DNA of 64,000 bases, taken from positions 19,221 to 83,220 of the forward strand of contig JBAPWO010000071.1 in the NCBI GenBank assembly GCA_049283735.1, written 5' to 3'. Below are positions 40,994-50,136 of the stretch, one piece after another; the first letter of the stretch is position 1, and each line of letters starts with the position of its first letter. The translations under genes and the position numbers were made by a program. The notes beneath the pieces are model-generated. The model ran no database searches and was not told the origin of the DNA. It was given only the letters and a program-made list of their open reading frames with translations. This DNA comes from Candidatus Dormiibacterota bacterium. GTDB taxonomy: Bacteria > Chloroflexota > Dormibacteria > Aeolococcales > Aeolococcaceae.

Positions 40994-41485
40994 GTGCTCG
41001 CTTCCATCCGCCGTTGGTTCAAAGCCAACCCGCGAACCGTCTTCCTGGTCGTGGTGGGCGTGGTCATCCTCGGTCTCTTCCTCGGAGTCATCACCCCATT
41101 GTTTGCGACATCAGGGCGCGCCACCGCGGACCTGAGCGGGACCCTTCCGAGCGCGGCGACCGCCGGCAAACGACTCGAGATCGACGTTTCCATCGACAAC
41201 ACCGGCGACTCGGTCATCGGCCAGGTCTGCGTCGGAGCGCTCGTCCAGGGGCCGCTGACGCCGGTTGAGGCCATCTTCCAGAACGTTGACAAGGAGCCGT
41301 TCATCGACGATCGCGGGGCGTGGAAAGCGTGTGGCGGCGAGCTGACCAGCCAGTCGAGCGCCCCGGCGCAGCTGTTCTTCGACACGGGACCGGCGGGTCC
41401 CGCCCAGGTGGTGCTGTCACCGATGAACGGCAAGCAGGTGATCGGCCAGGCGCTGACCGGGTCGCTGTCCGTGCACAACCCCTGA
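40994..41485 (+). CDS. small N-terminally anchored hypothetical protein
   Basis: GTG start 9 nt after the mutase stop. VLASIRRWFKANPRTVFLVVVGVVILGLFLGVITPLF (TM), then a soluble domain. Confidence 0.35.
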   Translation: MLASIRRWFKANPRTVFLVVVGVVILGLFLGVITPLFATSGRATADLSGTLPSAATAGKRLEIDVSIDNTGDSVIGQVCVGALVQGPLTPVEAIFQNVDKEPFIDDRGAWKACGGELTSQSSAPAQLFFDTGPAGPAQVVLSPMNGKQVIGQALTGSLSVHNP

Positions 41486-41531
41486 TCTCTGAGGAACCGG
41501 ACACAAGGCTGTCACGCCCATCTCCCGCGGC

Positions 41532-43877
41532 ATGGCTCCATCTACGCTTTCCATCGAGAGGGTTATGCATAACGAGAGCGCCGCGCGGCGCTGGCTGCCG
41601 ATCTTCGCGACCGCAGTGCTTCTCGGGATCACCAGCTGGCAGCTGGTCGGCTCCACACTGCAGACGCGCATGATGCTCGTGGAGATCGAGATCGTGGTGG
41701 TCGGCGCCGTGATGCTCGAGATCCCGATTCGCCTACGTCGCACGGCGCGTGTCAGCCCGTCGATCGCGACGCTGGTGCAGGGACTGACCAGCGTCGGGTT
41801 GTGCACCCTGGTCCTGGGTTTCTCGGCTCCGAAGTATCCGCTGCCGCTCATCGTGCTCGGATTTGTCGGCGTGCTGCTCACCGTCGATCCCTCGGCCCGC
41901 CCGGTGGCGCTCTGGACCATCCTCATGGCGTCATGCGCAGGCATGGCCGCGGTCTGGTGGTGGGCGAAGTTGTTTCCGATATACGGGGTCAACGAGCTGC
42001 TCCAGGTCGATGCGCTGATGGTGGGCGTCGTGGTGCTGGCGTACTCAAACTGGTCGTTGACCGATCGCCATTACCAGGCGCAGACGCGACGGTTGCGCGC
42101 CGTCGCCGACGTGGCCCGGCGACTGGGGCTCACCACCGACTCGAGCGAGGTCGCGGCCGCGGTGCTCGGGGGCTGCCACGAGACCTACCCGGACGCGACC
42201 TGGGGGCGAGTCCTGCTCTTCGAGGCAGGGTCCGACGGCCTCGCGACGCTCCCGCTGATCCTCGGACCCGCCGGCGTGTCGGCGGCAGCGGGGCCGATGG
42301 TTGTCATGGCGCCCGGCGAGGGGGTGATCGGCCGCGTGTACTCGACGGGCGAGGCGTGCCTGCTCCGGACGCCGCGCGAGATCAAGCAGGCCTACGCGTC
42401 GATGCCGGATTCACACCTCGACGAGCTCGAGAGTCTCGGCGGCGGGCGACGCTCGAGACGCGTCGTCGCCGCGCCGTTGCGTGCGGCGGGCGGACGCGTG
42501 ATCGGGGTTCTGGTGCTGATCTCACATGCGCGCCGGGGCGCCTGGGACGCCCACGACCTGACCGTCGTGCAGGCGATCGCCGACGAGGCCGCGGTGGCGG
42601 TCGCGCGAGCCGGCCTCTTCGAGGAGCGGGCGCTGCACGCCACCACAGATCCCCTGACCAAGGTCGGCAACCGGCGCGCGTTCGATGAGCGCCTCGGCGA
42701 GATGACCGGCGCGAGCGCGGTGATCGCCATCGACGTGGACCACCTCAAGCCGATCAACGATGAGTTCGGCCATGAGGCCGGCGACATGCTGCTCATCGAG
42801 GTGGCGCGCACCTTGCGCGCGTTGCTCCGGGTCGGCGACCAGCTGCTGCGTATCGGCGGCGACGAGTTTGTGTCAATCATGGATGCAACTACCGAAGCCG
42901 AGGCGGTCGCGATCGCCGAGCGGATGCGCGTCTCGCTGCACGGGGTCGCCTTGCCGCACGGCAAGGCGCGGATCAGCGCAGGCGTCGCCGCCGGCGGTGG
43001 CGGTGTGCACGCCCTGTGGCTGGCCGCCGACGAGGCCCTGTCGGCGGCGAAGAAGGACGGTCGCGATCGGGTCGTCGTCGCCGGCGACCGGTCGCTGCCC
43101 AGCCTCGTGCGCGGCGGCGGGGACGCCGGCGCGATGCTGGACGCGATCCTCAGCAAGCGGCGCGTCATCCAGGCGGTGTTCCAGCCGATCGTGCTGCTGA
43201 ACGACCACCGGGTGATCGGATGGGAGGCGCTCGCGCGGGTTCCCGGCCTCCGGGATCCGGGCGACGGCGTCGAGGACGTGTTCGCCCTGGCGCACCGCCG
43301 TGGCGTCACCAAGGAGATCGACTGGATCTGCAGGCGGATCGGCATGGCCGCGGCGTCCGGGTTGCCGGAGTCGGATCCACTCTTTCTCAATGTCTCGGCG
43401 GCGATGCTCCTCGATCCGCTCCACCCGGTCGATCACATGCTGCTGCTCGCTCGGTGGGCGGAGCGCGACCCCGAGACCATCGTTCTCGAGATCACCGAGC
43501 GCGAATCGATCGCCGACCAGCAACGCCTTCGGTTGGTGCTTGCCAGTTATCGCGAGCACGGCTTCAAGTTCGCGCTCGACGACATCGGCGAGGGCCACTC
43601 CACGCTCGAGCTGCTCGCCGCTGCCGTCCCCGAGTTCCTGAAGGTCGCCAAGAGCATCACCCAGGGCTGCGTCGAGCGCGGACCCCGCGCGGTCATCGAG
43701 GCAACCGTCGCCTACGCGCGCAGCTCGGGGTCGACGGTCATCGCCGAGGGCATCGAGGACGAGGCGACCGCCGACCGTCTCGCCGCACTTGGGGTCACCG
43801 CCGGTCAGGGCTACTGGCTCGGCCGCCCGCGGGAGATGGAGCTCGATCACGAAGCGCGCGGCGAGGCAACGGCCTGA
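41532..43877 (+). CDS. membrane sensor protein with GAF, GGDEF and EAL domains (c-di-GMP turnover)
   Basis: N-terminal TM block; GAF (VIGRVYSTGEACLL); GGDEF (RIGGDEFVSIM); EAL (FQPIVLLNDHRVIGWEALARV). Confidence 0.85.
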   Translation: MAPSTLSIERVMHNESAARRWLPIFATAVLLGITSWQLVGSTLQTRMMLVEIEIVVVGAVMLEIPIRLRRTARVSPSIATLVQGLTSVGLCTLVLGFSAPKYPLPLIVLGFVGVLLTVDPSARPVALWTILMASCAGMAAVWWWAKLFPIYGVNELLQVDALMVGVVVLAYSNWSLTDRHYQAQTRRLRAVADVARRLGLTTDSSEVAAAVLGGCHETYPDATWGRVLLFEAGSDGLATLPLILGPAGVSAAAGPMVVMAPGEGVIGRVYSTGEACLLRTPREIKQAYASMPDSHLDELESLGGGRRSRRVVAAPLRAAGGRVIGVLVLISHARRGAWDAHDLTVVQAIADEAAVAVARAGLFEERALHATTDPLTKVGNRRAFDERLGEMTGASAVIAIDVDHLKPINDEFGHEAGDMLLIEVARTLRALLRVGDQLLRIGGDEFVSIMDATTEAEAVAIAERMRVSLHGVALPHGKARISAGVAAGGGGVHALWLAADEALSAAKKDGRDRVVVAGDRSLPSLVRGGGDAGAMLDAILSKRRVIQAVFQPIVLLNDHRVIGWEALARVPGLRDPGDGVEDVFALAHRRGVTKEIDWICRRIGMAAASGLPESDPLFLNVSAAMLLDPLHPVDHMLLLARWAERDPETIVLEITERESIADQQRLRLVLASYREHGFKFALDDIGEGHSTLELLAAAVPEFLKVAKSITQGCVERGPRAVIEATVAYARSSGSTVIAEGIEDEATADRLAALGVTAGQGYWLGRPREMELDHEARGEATA

Positions 43878-43891
43878 GGGCGAACTCGCGT

Positions 43892-45193
43892 CTACTCGCT
43901 GGGCGCTGAAACGAGATCCCACGTCGAGCCGGCCGGCGTGTCGTGCACCTCGACCCCCGCATCGACCAGCACATCGCGGAGCTTGTCGGCGAGCCCGTAC
44001 TCCCCCGCACCTCGCATCTGCACGCGCAGGTCGAGGATCCGGTCGACGACCGGACCGATGAGGTCGCGGGGATCGGCCGTGCCGTTGCGGGCAAGGTCGC
44101 CGAGGCGCACCACGTACCGCCGCAGGGTTTCACGCGCCCGGTCCTGCTCATCGGAGTCCAGGGTGTCGGCAGCCCAGTTGTGGATCTGCGAGTCGATCGC
44201 CAGCACCGCGCCGACGGCGCCGTCGACATCGCGCGACGCCAGTGCCGTGTCAGCGGCGTCGGACTGCCGGGCCACCTCCTCAAGAAACGGCGACACACCT
44301 CCGATGGGGATTGGAATCTCTCGATCCGAGCGGATGTCGGCGCCGGCGCTCCCCGGCGCGGGAGGGCCCACCGGTCCGAGCCCGGTGGCGAGGGCGCGGA
44401 GGGGGACCGTCGTGCCGTTCTCAAATCGTTGTGATGCACCCTTGCGGCGCCACGTCAAACCGCCCCGCCCGCGTATCGACACCGTCCCCGCGTCGATGTC
44501 GAAGATTGCCGCCGTGTGCTCGTCGACACCGAGGACATCGACGCCATCGGGCAGGAGTTCCTCGAGGATGCGCAACCGGCGCTCGCCCATGTAGCAGTAC
44601 CGGGTGTCGTGGGTCCCGCCCTCCGCATTGTTGTAGTGGGGGATGACCGCGGCGCGCAGCCCGGTGGCGCCGAGCAGGTCGAGACCGTCCAGCCAGCGCG
44701 GCTCCTCGCCGACCTTGTAGATCTCGTACACCGGGAGCGAGCACACCCCGAGACCGACGGCTGCGGCACTCGCGAAGGTCACGCAGCCGCCCTCGCGCAG
44801 CTTGGCGGCAAGCAGGTCGGGAACGGCCGTTCCGAGCCACTGGCGAAGCGCGTAGCTCGGGCTCCCCGGGCCGGCAAACACGTAGCGCGCCTCGGCGATC
44901 CGGGCCAGCATGGTCTCGTACTCGAGGGCAGTGGCCTGCTCGCGATTCCGAAACGAGACCACGCTGATGGGGAACCCGACGTGATCGCGGAAGTACGCGA
45001 CGGTCCGCTCGCTGATGTCCGCGGCATTCTCCTGGAAGCCGAACGGTGTGTCGAGCAGCACCGCAGGCACCGGTCGCGGGCCGAGTCGCGAGAGCAGGTC
45101 GGCGTGCACCGACACCATCGTCGGCGTGGTCTCGCCCGACCCCATGATGCAGAGCAGCCGCTGCATTCGAGCAGCGCCGCCGGTGGCGTTCAT
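43892..45193 (-). CDS. hypothetical protein: peptidase-S51/class-I-glutamine-amidotransferase-like N-terminal domain plus C-terminal segment resembling the CysRS C-terminus
   Basis: 433 aa. N-terminal LLCIMGSGETTP...VFAGPGSP. C-terminal YGLADKLRDVLVDAGVEVHDTPAGSTWDL resembles the CysRS C-terminal helix-strand motif. Confidence 0.4.
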   Translation of the reverse strand: MNATGGAARMQRLLCIMGSGETTPTMVSVHADLLSRLGPRPVPAVLLDTPFGFQENAADISERTVAYFRDHVGFPISVVSFRNREQATALEYETMLARIAEARYVFAGPGSPSYALRQWLGTAVPDLLAAKLREGGCVTFASAAAVGLGVCSLPVYEIYKVGEEPRWLDGLDLLGATGLRAAVIPHYNNAEGGTHDTRYCYMGERRLRILEELLPDGVDVLGVDEHTAAIFDIDAGTVSIRGRGGLTWRRKGASQRFENGTTVPLRALATGLGPVGPPAPGSAGADIRSDREIPIPIGGVSPFLEEVARQSDAADTALASRDVDGAVGAVLAIDSQIHNWAADTLDSDEQDRARETLRRYVVRLGDLARNGTADPRDLIGPVVDRILDLRVQMRGAGEYGLADKLRDVLVDAGVEVHDTPAGSTWDLVSAPSE

Positions 45194-45228
45194 GCCTCGA
45201 TCCTACGGCGTGCGGCCCGTGCAACCAT

Positions 45229-46359
45229 GTGGCCCAAACCATGGACCGGGCGGCACTCAAGGCGGCACTGGGCGACGAAGCGCGGCGCCTCGGATTCGCG
45301 GCGTGCGGCGTGACGTCGGTGCGCCCCTTCACGGAGGCGCGCACGCGGGCGCTCGCCGCGATCGACGCCGGACGCATGGACGGGATGCCGTGGTACAAGC
45401 GGGAAAGGGTGGAGGCATCCGCGGACATCGGCGGTCGCTATCCATGGGCACGGTCGATCGTCGCGCTTGCCTGGCCGTACCGGCCGGCGCCGGGGCAGAA
45501 CCCGCGCGACGCTGTGCCGGGGGTTGTCCGGGGTCGCTGCTCCGCCTACGCGTGCACCGAGGACGGCGGCCGCGCCGTCGACTACCACGACCTGCTCGCG
45601 CAGCGCTGCGACTCCCTGGTCGACTGGCTCCGCGAACGGATCGATGGGGTCGGCGCAAAGCGCTTCGTCGATCACGGATGGGCGCTCGACCGCGCCATCG
45701 CCGAACGAGCCGGGATCGGATTCGCCGGCAAGCACGCGTCGGTGATCACGCTCGAAGCCGGCTCGTATGTGCTCCTTGCGAGCATCGCGATATCGGTCCC
45801 GCTGCCGGCCGACTCACCCTCGCGACGCGGATGCGGGAGTTGCACCGCCTGCATCCCGTCGTGTCCCACCGGGGCGATCGTGGCGGCCGGCGTCATCGAC
45901 GCCCGGCGCTGCATCTCCTATCTCACCATCGAGCACCGAGGCGCGATTCCCCTCGAGCTGCGCCCGCTGATGGGAACGTGGGCATTCGGGTGCGACCTCT
46001 GCCAGGAGGCGTGCCCCATCAATCACCGGCTCGCTCCGGACCCGCTCGACATCGAGAGCGCGACCACGGTGCGCGGTCCGGTCCCGTATCCCGACCTGGT
46101 GGAGTGCCTCGAGCTCAGCGACGACGAGTTCAGAGCGCGCTTCCGCGCCACGGCGGTCTGGCGTACGGGGCGCGCCGGTCTGGCTCGGAATTGCGCGATC
46201 GCGCTCGGGAATGCCGGTGATCGAGCCGCGCTGCCGGCACTGCGCAACAGCGCGGAGCACGATCCGGACGCGGTCGTTCGCGATGCTGCTCGCTGGGGCA
46301 TCGCGCAGCTGACACACGAGGGAATCCCCCGTGAGCCCCCTGTCCATGGGAGCTCCTAG
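45229..46359 (+). CDS. queG: epoxyqueuosine reductase
   Basis: Two 4Fe-4S motifs (CGSCTACIPSCP, CDLCQEACP) followed by C-terminal HEAT-like repeats (DPDAVVRDAARWGI). Confidence 0.8.
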   Translation: MAQTMDRAALKAALGDEARRLGFAACGVTSVRPFTEARTRALAAIDAGRMDGMPWYKRERVEASADIGGRYPWARSIVALAWPYRPAPGQNPRDAVPGVVRGRCSAYACTEDGGRAVDYHDLLAQRCDSLVDWLRERIDGVGAKRFVDHGWALDRAIAERAGIGFAGKHASVITLEAGSYVLLASIAISVPLPADSPSRRGCGSCTACIPSCPTGAIVAAGVIDARRCISYLTIEHRGAIPLELRPLMGTWAFGCDLCQEACPINHRLAPDPLDIESATTVRGPVPYPDLVECLELSDDEFRARFRATAVWRTGRAGLARNCAIALGNAGDRAALPALRNSAEHDPDAVVRDAARWGIAQLTHEGIPREPPVHGSS

Positions 46360-46709
46360 CGGAAGAGCAGGACCGCGGCCCCCGCGCCGACAACCAGCGG
46401 AGCGCCGACGCACGCCGCCAACAGCGAGACGGGATCGGGATCGCGCGGCCACCACGCCGGCGGCAGGGCGCGGTTGATCGGCACTCTTGCGCCGCGCAGG
46501 CGGGTGTTTCCGTCAAAGAGCGCGAAAGCCGCGACGCATGCCAGCGCGATGAGCAGCGCAGCCTCGGCGAGGAGCGCGGCCGCGCCGGAGGCACCGAGGG
46601 CATGCAGCCAGGCGCAGAGGACGAAGGTGACGATGCCGAGACCGGCGCCCGAGGTCGCGGCCAGGAAAGTGGTCGGCAGCGAGGTGCGCGGCAGGCTCGG
46701 GAGTCGCAT
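46356..46709 (-). CDS. small hypothetical membrane protein (3 TM helices)
   Basis: MRLPSLPRTSLPTTFLAATSGAGLGIVTFVLCAWL... Stop/start overlap with queG. Trimmed start at 46709. Confidence 0.35.
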   Translation of the reverse strand: MRLPSLPRTSLPTTFLAATSGAGLGIVTFVLCAWLHALGASGAAALLAEAALLIALACVAAFALFDGNTRLRGARVPINRALPPAWWPRDPDPVSLLAACVGAPLVVGAGAAVLLFR

Positions 46710-46739
46710 GGCTTTCGATGGCAGCGTAGCACTCGGGCC

Positions 46740-46895
46740 GAATCGATGACCGTTCACCGGGAGGCGACTCGGTTGTGACGAAACCGTTACGGCGAAGGGC
46801 AACGCTTGACGCGCGCGATCTACTGTGCCTACGCTGCTGCGGTCGCCAGCGGGGCGGCCGGTTCCCACTCTCTCCCAACGTCCCACCACACGAGG
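46740..46895 (+). ncRNA. candidate ydaO-type (cyclic-di-AMP) riboswitch in the 5' leader of the LysM/SLT gene
   Basis: The leader contains AATCGATGACCG, CCGGGAGG and GGCGAAGGGCAACGC, reminiscent of ydaO conserved blocks (GAAUC, CGGGGA, CCGAAGGGGCAA). The genomic context (cell-wall hydrolase) is typical. Not verified by a covariance model. Confidence 0.3.
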
Positions 46896-46900
46896 AACCC

Positions 46901-47701
46901 ATGCCGACAAGGTCTCGTCTTGCCGCTGCCGCGCTCGGCGCCACCGCCGTGGCCACCATCCCGTCCGCCGTATTCGCGACCTCCTACGTGGTGCGCCCGG
47001 GCGACACCGCGTCGGACATCGCGGTTCGTCACGGCACCACCGTGGCCGCGCTGCTCGACGCCAACCGCATGGCCGCGCCCGAGCTCATCCGGGTCGGTCA
47101 GATGCTGCAGATCCCGGACGCGTCACTCGCGCTGCCCGCCTACGCGCGCGGCGCGGACGACTCCGAGACCTACCGGGTCGGCCATGGTGAAGGCGTTTTC
47201 GAGGCGGCCCGGCGTTTCGGTGTCGACCCCACGGCGCTCGCGCGCACCAACGGAATCGGCGTCAACGCGCCGATCGCTGAAGGTGACGAGCTTGTGGTTC
47301 CCGGCCGCCTCACGCGGATGAATGCGCTGGTGAGCTTCGTGGCCGCCGACGTCGGGGTCGACGCGCGGCTGCTCCGGGGCGTCGCCTGGGCGGAGTCCCA
47401 ATGGCGGCAGGAACGTGTCTCTCCGACCGGGGCCGTGGGCGTCATGCAGATCGAGCCCTTCACGGGCGAATGGGTCTCGCGCCACCTCGCCGGGTCACAT
47501 CTCGACATCTGGCGCGCGCAGGACAACGTGGTCGCAGGCGCGATGCTGCTCCGTCACCTGATGACCAAGCACGAGGCCGACATCTCCGCCACCCTCGCCG
47601 GGTACTACCAGGGTGATTCGAGCGTCGCCAGTCACGGTGTGTACGACGACACGCGTCGGTACCAGCGCGAAGTCCAGGATCTGATCGCTCAGGACGTCTG
47701 A
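46901..47701 (+). CDS. secreted LysM-domain lytic transglycosylase (SLT domain)
   Basis: Signal peptide MPTRSRLAAAALGATAVATIPSAVFA; two LysM repeats (YVVRPGDTASDIAVRHG, YRVGHGEGVFEAARRFG); SLT motif AVGVMQIEPFT. Confidence 0.8.
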   Translation: MPTRSRLAAAALGATAVATIPSAVFATSYVVRPGDTASDIAVRHGTTVAALLDANRMAAPELIRVGQMLQIPDASLALPAYARGADDSETYRVGHGEGVFEAARRFGVDPTALARTNGIGVNAPIAEGDELVVPGRLTRMNALVSFVAADVGVDARLLRGVAWAESQWRQERVSPTGAVGVMQIEPFTGEWVSRHLAGSHLDIWRAQDNVVAGAMLLRHLMTKHEADISATLAGYYQGDSSVASHGVYDDTRRYQREVQDLIAQDV

Positions 47702-48624
47702 GCGATCGGGGCCGGCCAGCCGCCCACTCGCGTCATCGCGCCGCTTCGGTCGACGAGCCGCGCGGGAAGCCCGGCCTTGTCGAGCCATGACGCTGCCGTG
47801 GCACCCCGGACGATCGCCGCGGTGGCGGCGATATTGGCGTCGACGCAACTTCCGGCGACGACGCTGACCGTCCGCCACGGCCCCGCAGCGGGAAGCCCGG
47901 TGGCCGGGTCGATGATGTGATGCAACTCAACCCCGCCACGCCGCCAGCGGCGCACGGTCGTGCTCGAGGTGGCGACGCCGCCGGCGCGGATCGCGATCGT
48001 CTCGCCGTCCGGCGTGATCGCGGCGCGGCTGTCCTCGGCGATCTGGATGTGCCATCCCTCGTCTGGAGGATCGCCGGCCACCGAAACGTCTCCACCCAGG
48101 CTGACGAGCACCCCACCGCCGTGCATCGCATCGATCGCCGCGGCGGCGGCCAGGTCGGCGGCGAGTGCTTTGGCGGTTGCGCCGAGGTCGATCTCGACGC
48201 CGGCGTCGATCTCCACACGTCGTGTGATCGGAAAGAGGCGGATCCGCCGCCACCCGGGCACCGGGGACACCGCGAGGGTCAGCGGCGCGCCGTCGGCAGG
48301 CACCGCGTCGAAGTCGACACTGTACCCGGCGCTGCGGACCGCCTCGCCAACCGTGGGATCGACCGCGCCCTCGGTGAGCTCCGCCGCGCGGATCGCGGTG
48401 GCGAGCGCCTGCGCCAGCAGCGGTGACACGGTGCCCTCCCGCCGCCCCGCGCCGGCCTGGAGGCGGCTCAGCTCGCTGTCCTCGCGGAATCGGCTGCACG
48501 CCAGGTCGATGGCGCCAACCACCGACTCGACCGCGGCGGTCGCGGCGTCGAGGGTGTGCGGGTCGGTGACGACCACGTCCATCGATGTGCCGAGAGCGCT
48601 CCCTCGGTACGCGGCAAGGGTCAT
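47689..48624 (-). CDS. apbE: FAD:protein FMN transferase
   Basis: MTLAAYRGSALGTSMDVVVT... with the ApbE motif IDLGATAKA. Trimmed from the 439-aa tracked ORF. Confidence 0.8.
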   Translation of the reverse strand: MTLAAYRGSALGTSMDVVVTDPHTLDAATAAVESVVGAIDLACSRFREDSELSRLQAGAGRREGTVSPLLAQALATAIRAAELTEGAVDPTVGEAVRSAGYSVDFDAVPADGAPLTLAVSPVPGWRRIRLFPITRRVEIDAGVEIDLGATAKALAADLAAAAAIDAMHGGGVLVSLGGDVSVAGDPPDEGWHIQIAEDSRAAITPDGETIAIRAGGVATSSTTVRRWRRGGVELHHIIDPATGLPAAGPWRTVSVVAGSCVDANIAATAAIVRGATAASWLDKAGLPARLVDRSGAMTRVGGWPAPIAQTS

Positions 48625-48941
48625 GAGCCGCCGCTGACGGTACTCGCTGACGATGAGCTTCCGGTGCTCGCGGCTCCGGTGGAGAGTGACGACGACCCGG
48701 TGCTCGATGAGGAAGACGATGGAGTCGTGGTCGCGGCTGTCCCCGAGGACGATGTCACCGTGGTGCTCGACCCGCTGGTTGTCGTCGTCGACGTTCCCGC
48801 ATGCGTGTGCGCAGCCAGGATGGCGAGCGCGGCGACGGCCGCGGTTCCAACCACCCCGAACGACGTCGTGAGCTTGCCGCGCAGACGGAGCGCCCGGTCC
48901 CGCTCGGCCACCGTAATGGGTCGCTTCGGCGCGGGCATCAC
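48621..48941 (-). CDS. small membrane-anchored Ser/Thr-rich protein upstream of apbE
   Basis: One TM helix (VVGTAAVAALAILAA), then a low-complexity S/T tail. ATGA overlap with apbE. Confidence 0.3.
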   Translation of the reverse strand: MMPAPKRPITVAERDRALRLRGKLTTSFGVVGTAAVAALAILAAHTHAGTSTTTTSGSSTTVTSSSGTAATTTPSSSSSSTGSSSLSTGAASTGSSSSASTVSGGS

Positions 48942-49161
48942 CGAGCCCCCTGAAAAGGAGTCCGACGTGGAATATCCAGAACCGGAGCGCTGGTTGTGCG
49001 CAGATCATTCATGACACCAAGCGTGCGGCCGGGGCCTTGACGCGAGCCACGAAGAAGCTGGGAGGCATCTGTGAAGTCCCGGGGATCTCTGAGCAGAGTC
49101 ACAGCGATCTCCGGCAGGTCTCCAAGCCGGCATCCCTACAGTCGCGAGCGAAGGAGTCCTC

Positions 49162-49905
49162 ATGCCGAACCCCCAGCGCCGTTCGTTTCCCCGCCCACGG
49201 AGCGGCCGCGCATGGCTGTTCAGCGCGGTCGTCGCGGTGATCGCCGCCGGCGCCGCGGGCGTGCTCTTCGTCTATTTCGTGCTCTTCAGCCACTCGGCGC
49301 CGGCGCCCCTCGCGCTGGCGGCGCCATCAGCAACCACACAATCGCCGGAACTGACCTCGACCGCGATTCCGGGCAGCTGGACCGTCGCATCGAAGTCGGT
49401 TGCGGGATACCGCGTTCGCGAGCAGCTCGCCTTTCTCTCGGCGCCGAGCGATGCGGTGGGACGCACGTCGCAGATCACCGGTACCGCGACGATCACCGGG
49501 TCCGGGACCGCCCTGACCCTGAGCGCCGCTGCATTCAGCGTTGACGTGCAATCCCTGACCAGCGATCAGTCGATGCGCGACAGCCACCTCCAGACGCTCG
49601 GGCTCGAGAGCGCGCAATTCCCGGATGCGACGTTCGTGCTGTCGGCACCGGTGACCTTGCCCGCAACCGCGACATCGGGGGCCGAGGTGCAAGTGCCTTT
49701 GCAGGGTGCGCTGACCATCCATGGGACGACAAAGACCGTCACGATTCATGCGCAGGCACGGCTCTCGGGTTCGGAGATCGAAGTGGTGGGCTCGATCTCG
49801 TTCGCGTGGGGCGAGTTCAACATGCAGGCGCCGAACATCGGCGGGTTCGTCACCGTCGACGGTACGGCCACGATGGAGTTCGATCCCTTCCTCAAGCACG
49901 GCTGA
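49162..49905 (+). CDS. YceI-family periplasmic protein
   Basis: N-terminal TM/signal, then YceI core (...SMRDSHLQTLGLES...TIHGTTKTVTI...). Confidence 0.85.
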   Translation: MPNPQRRSFPRPRSGRAWLFSAVVAVIAAGAAGVLFVYFVLFSHSAPAPLALAAPSATTQSPELTSTAIPGSWTVASKSVAGYRVREQLAFLSAPSDAVGRTSQITGTATITGSGTALTLSAAAFSVDVQSLTSDQSMRDSHLQTLGLESAQFPDATFVLSAPVTLPATATSGAEVQVPLQGALTIHGTTKTVTIHAQARLSGSEIEVVGSISFAWGEFNMQAPNIGGFVTVDGTATMEFDPFLKHG

Positions 49906-49917
49906 CGCGGAAGAGCG

Positions 49918-50136
49918 TCAGTGGCGCGAAGCGAGCGCCTGCAGGCGCAGCGCGAGTGTGGGGCAGCCGGACACCGCGCGCTTTGCGTGCGGCAACACCG
50001 AGTCGGGGACCGCACCGGGACGGATGATCGGGTAGCCCCAGTCGTCGAGCTCGATGAGCTCGGGCACCAGGTCGGCGCACACACCGTGGCCATCGCACTT
50101 GATGCGATCGATGCCGAGCGTGACGCGCTTGGTCAT
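49918..50136 (-). CDS. 3Fe-4S-type ferredoxin
   Basis: MTKRVTLGIDRIKCDGHGVCADLVPE...SGCP, the CxxHxxC...CP pattern of actinobacterial single-cluster ferredoxins. ATGA overlap with the upstream gene. Confidence 0.7.
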   Translation of the reverse strand: MTKRVTLGIDRIKCDGHGVCADLVPELIELDDWGYPIIRPGAVPDSVLPHAKRAVSGCPTLALRLQALASRH

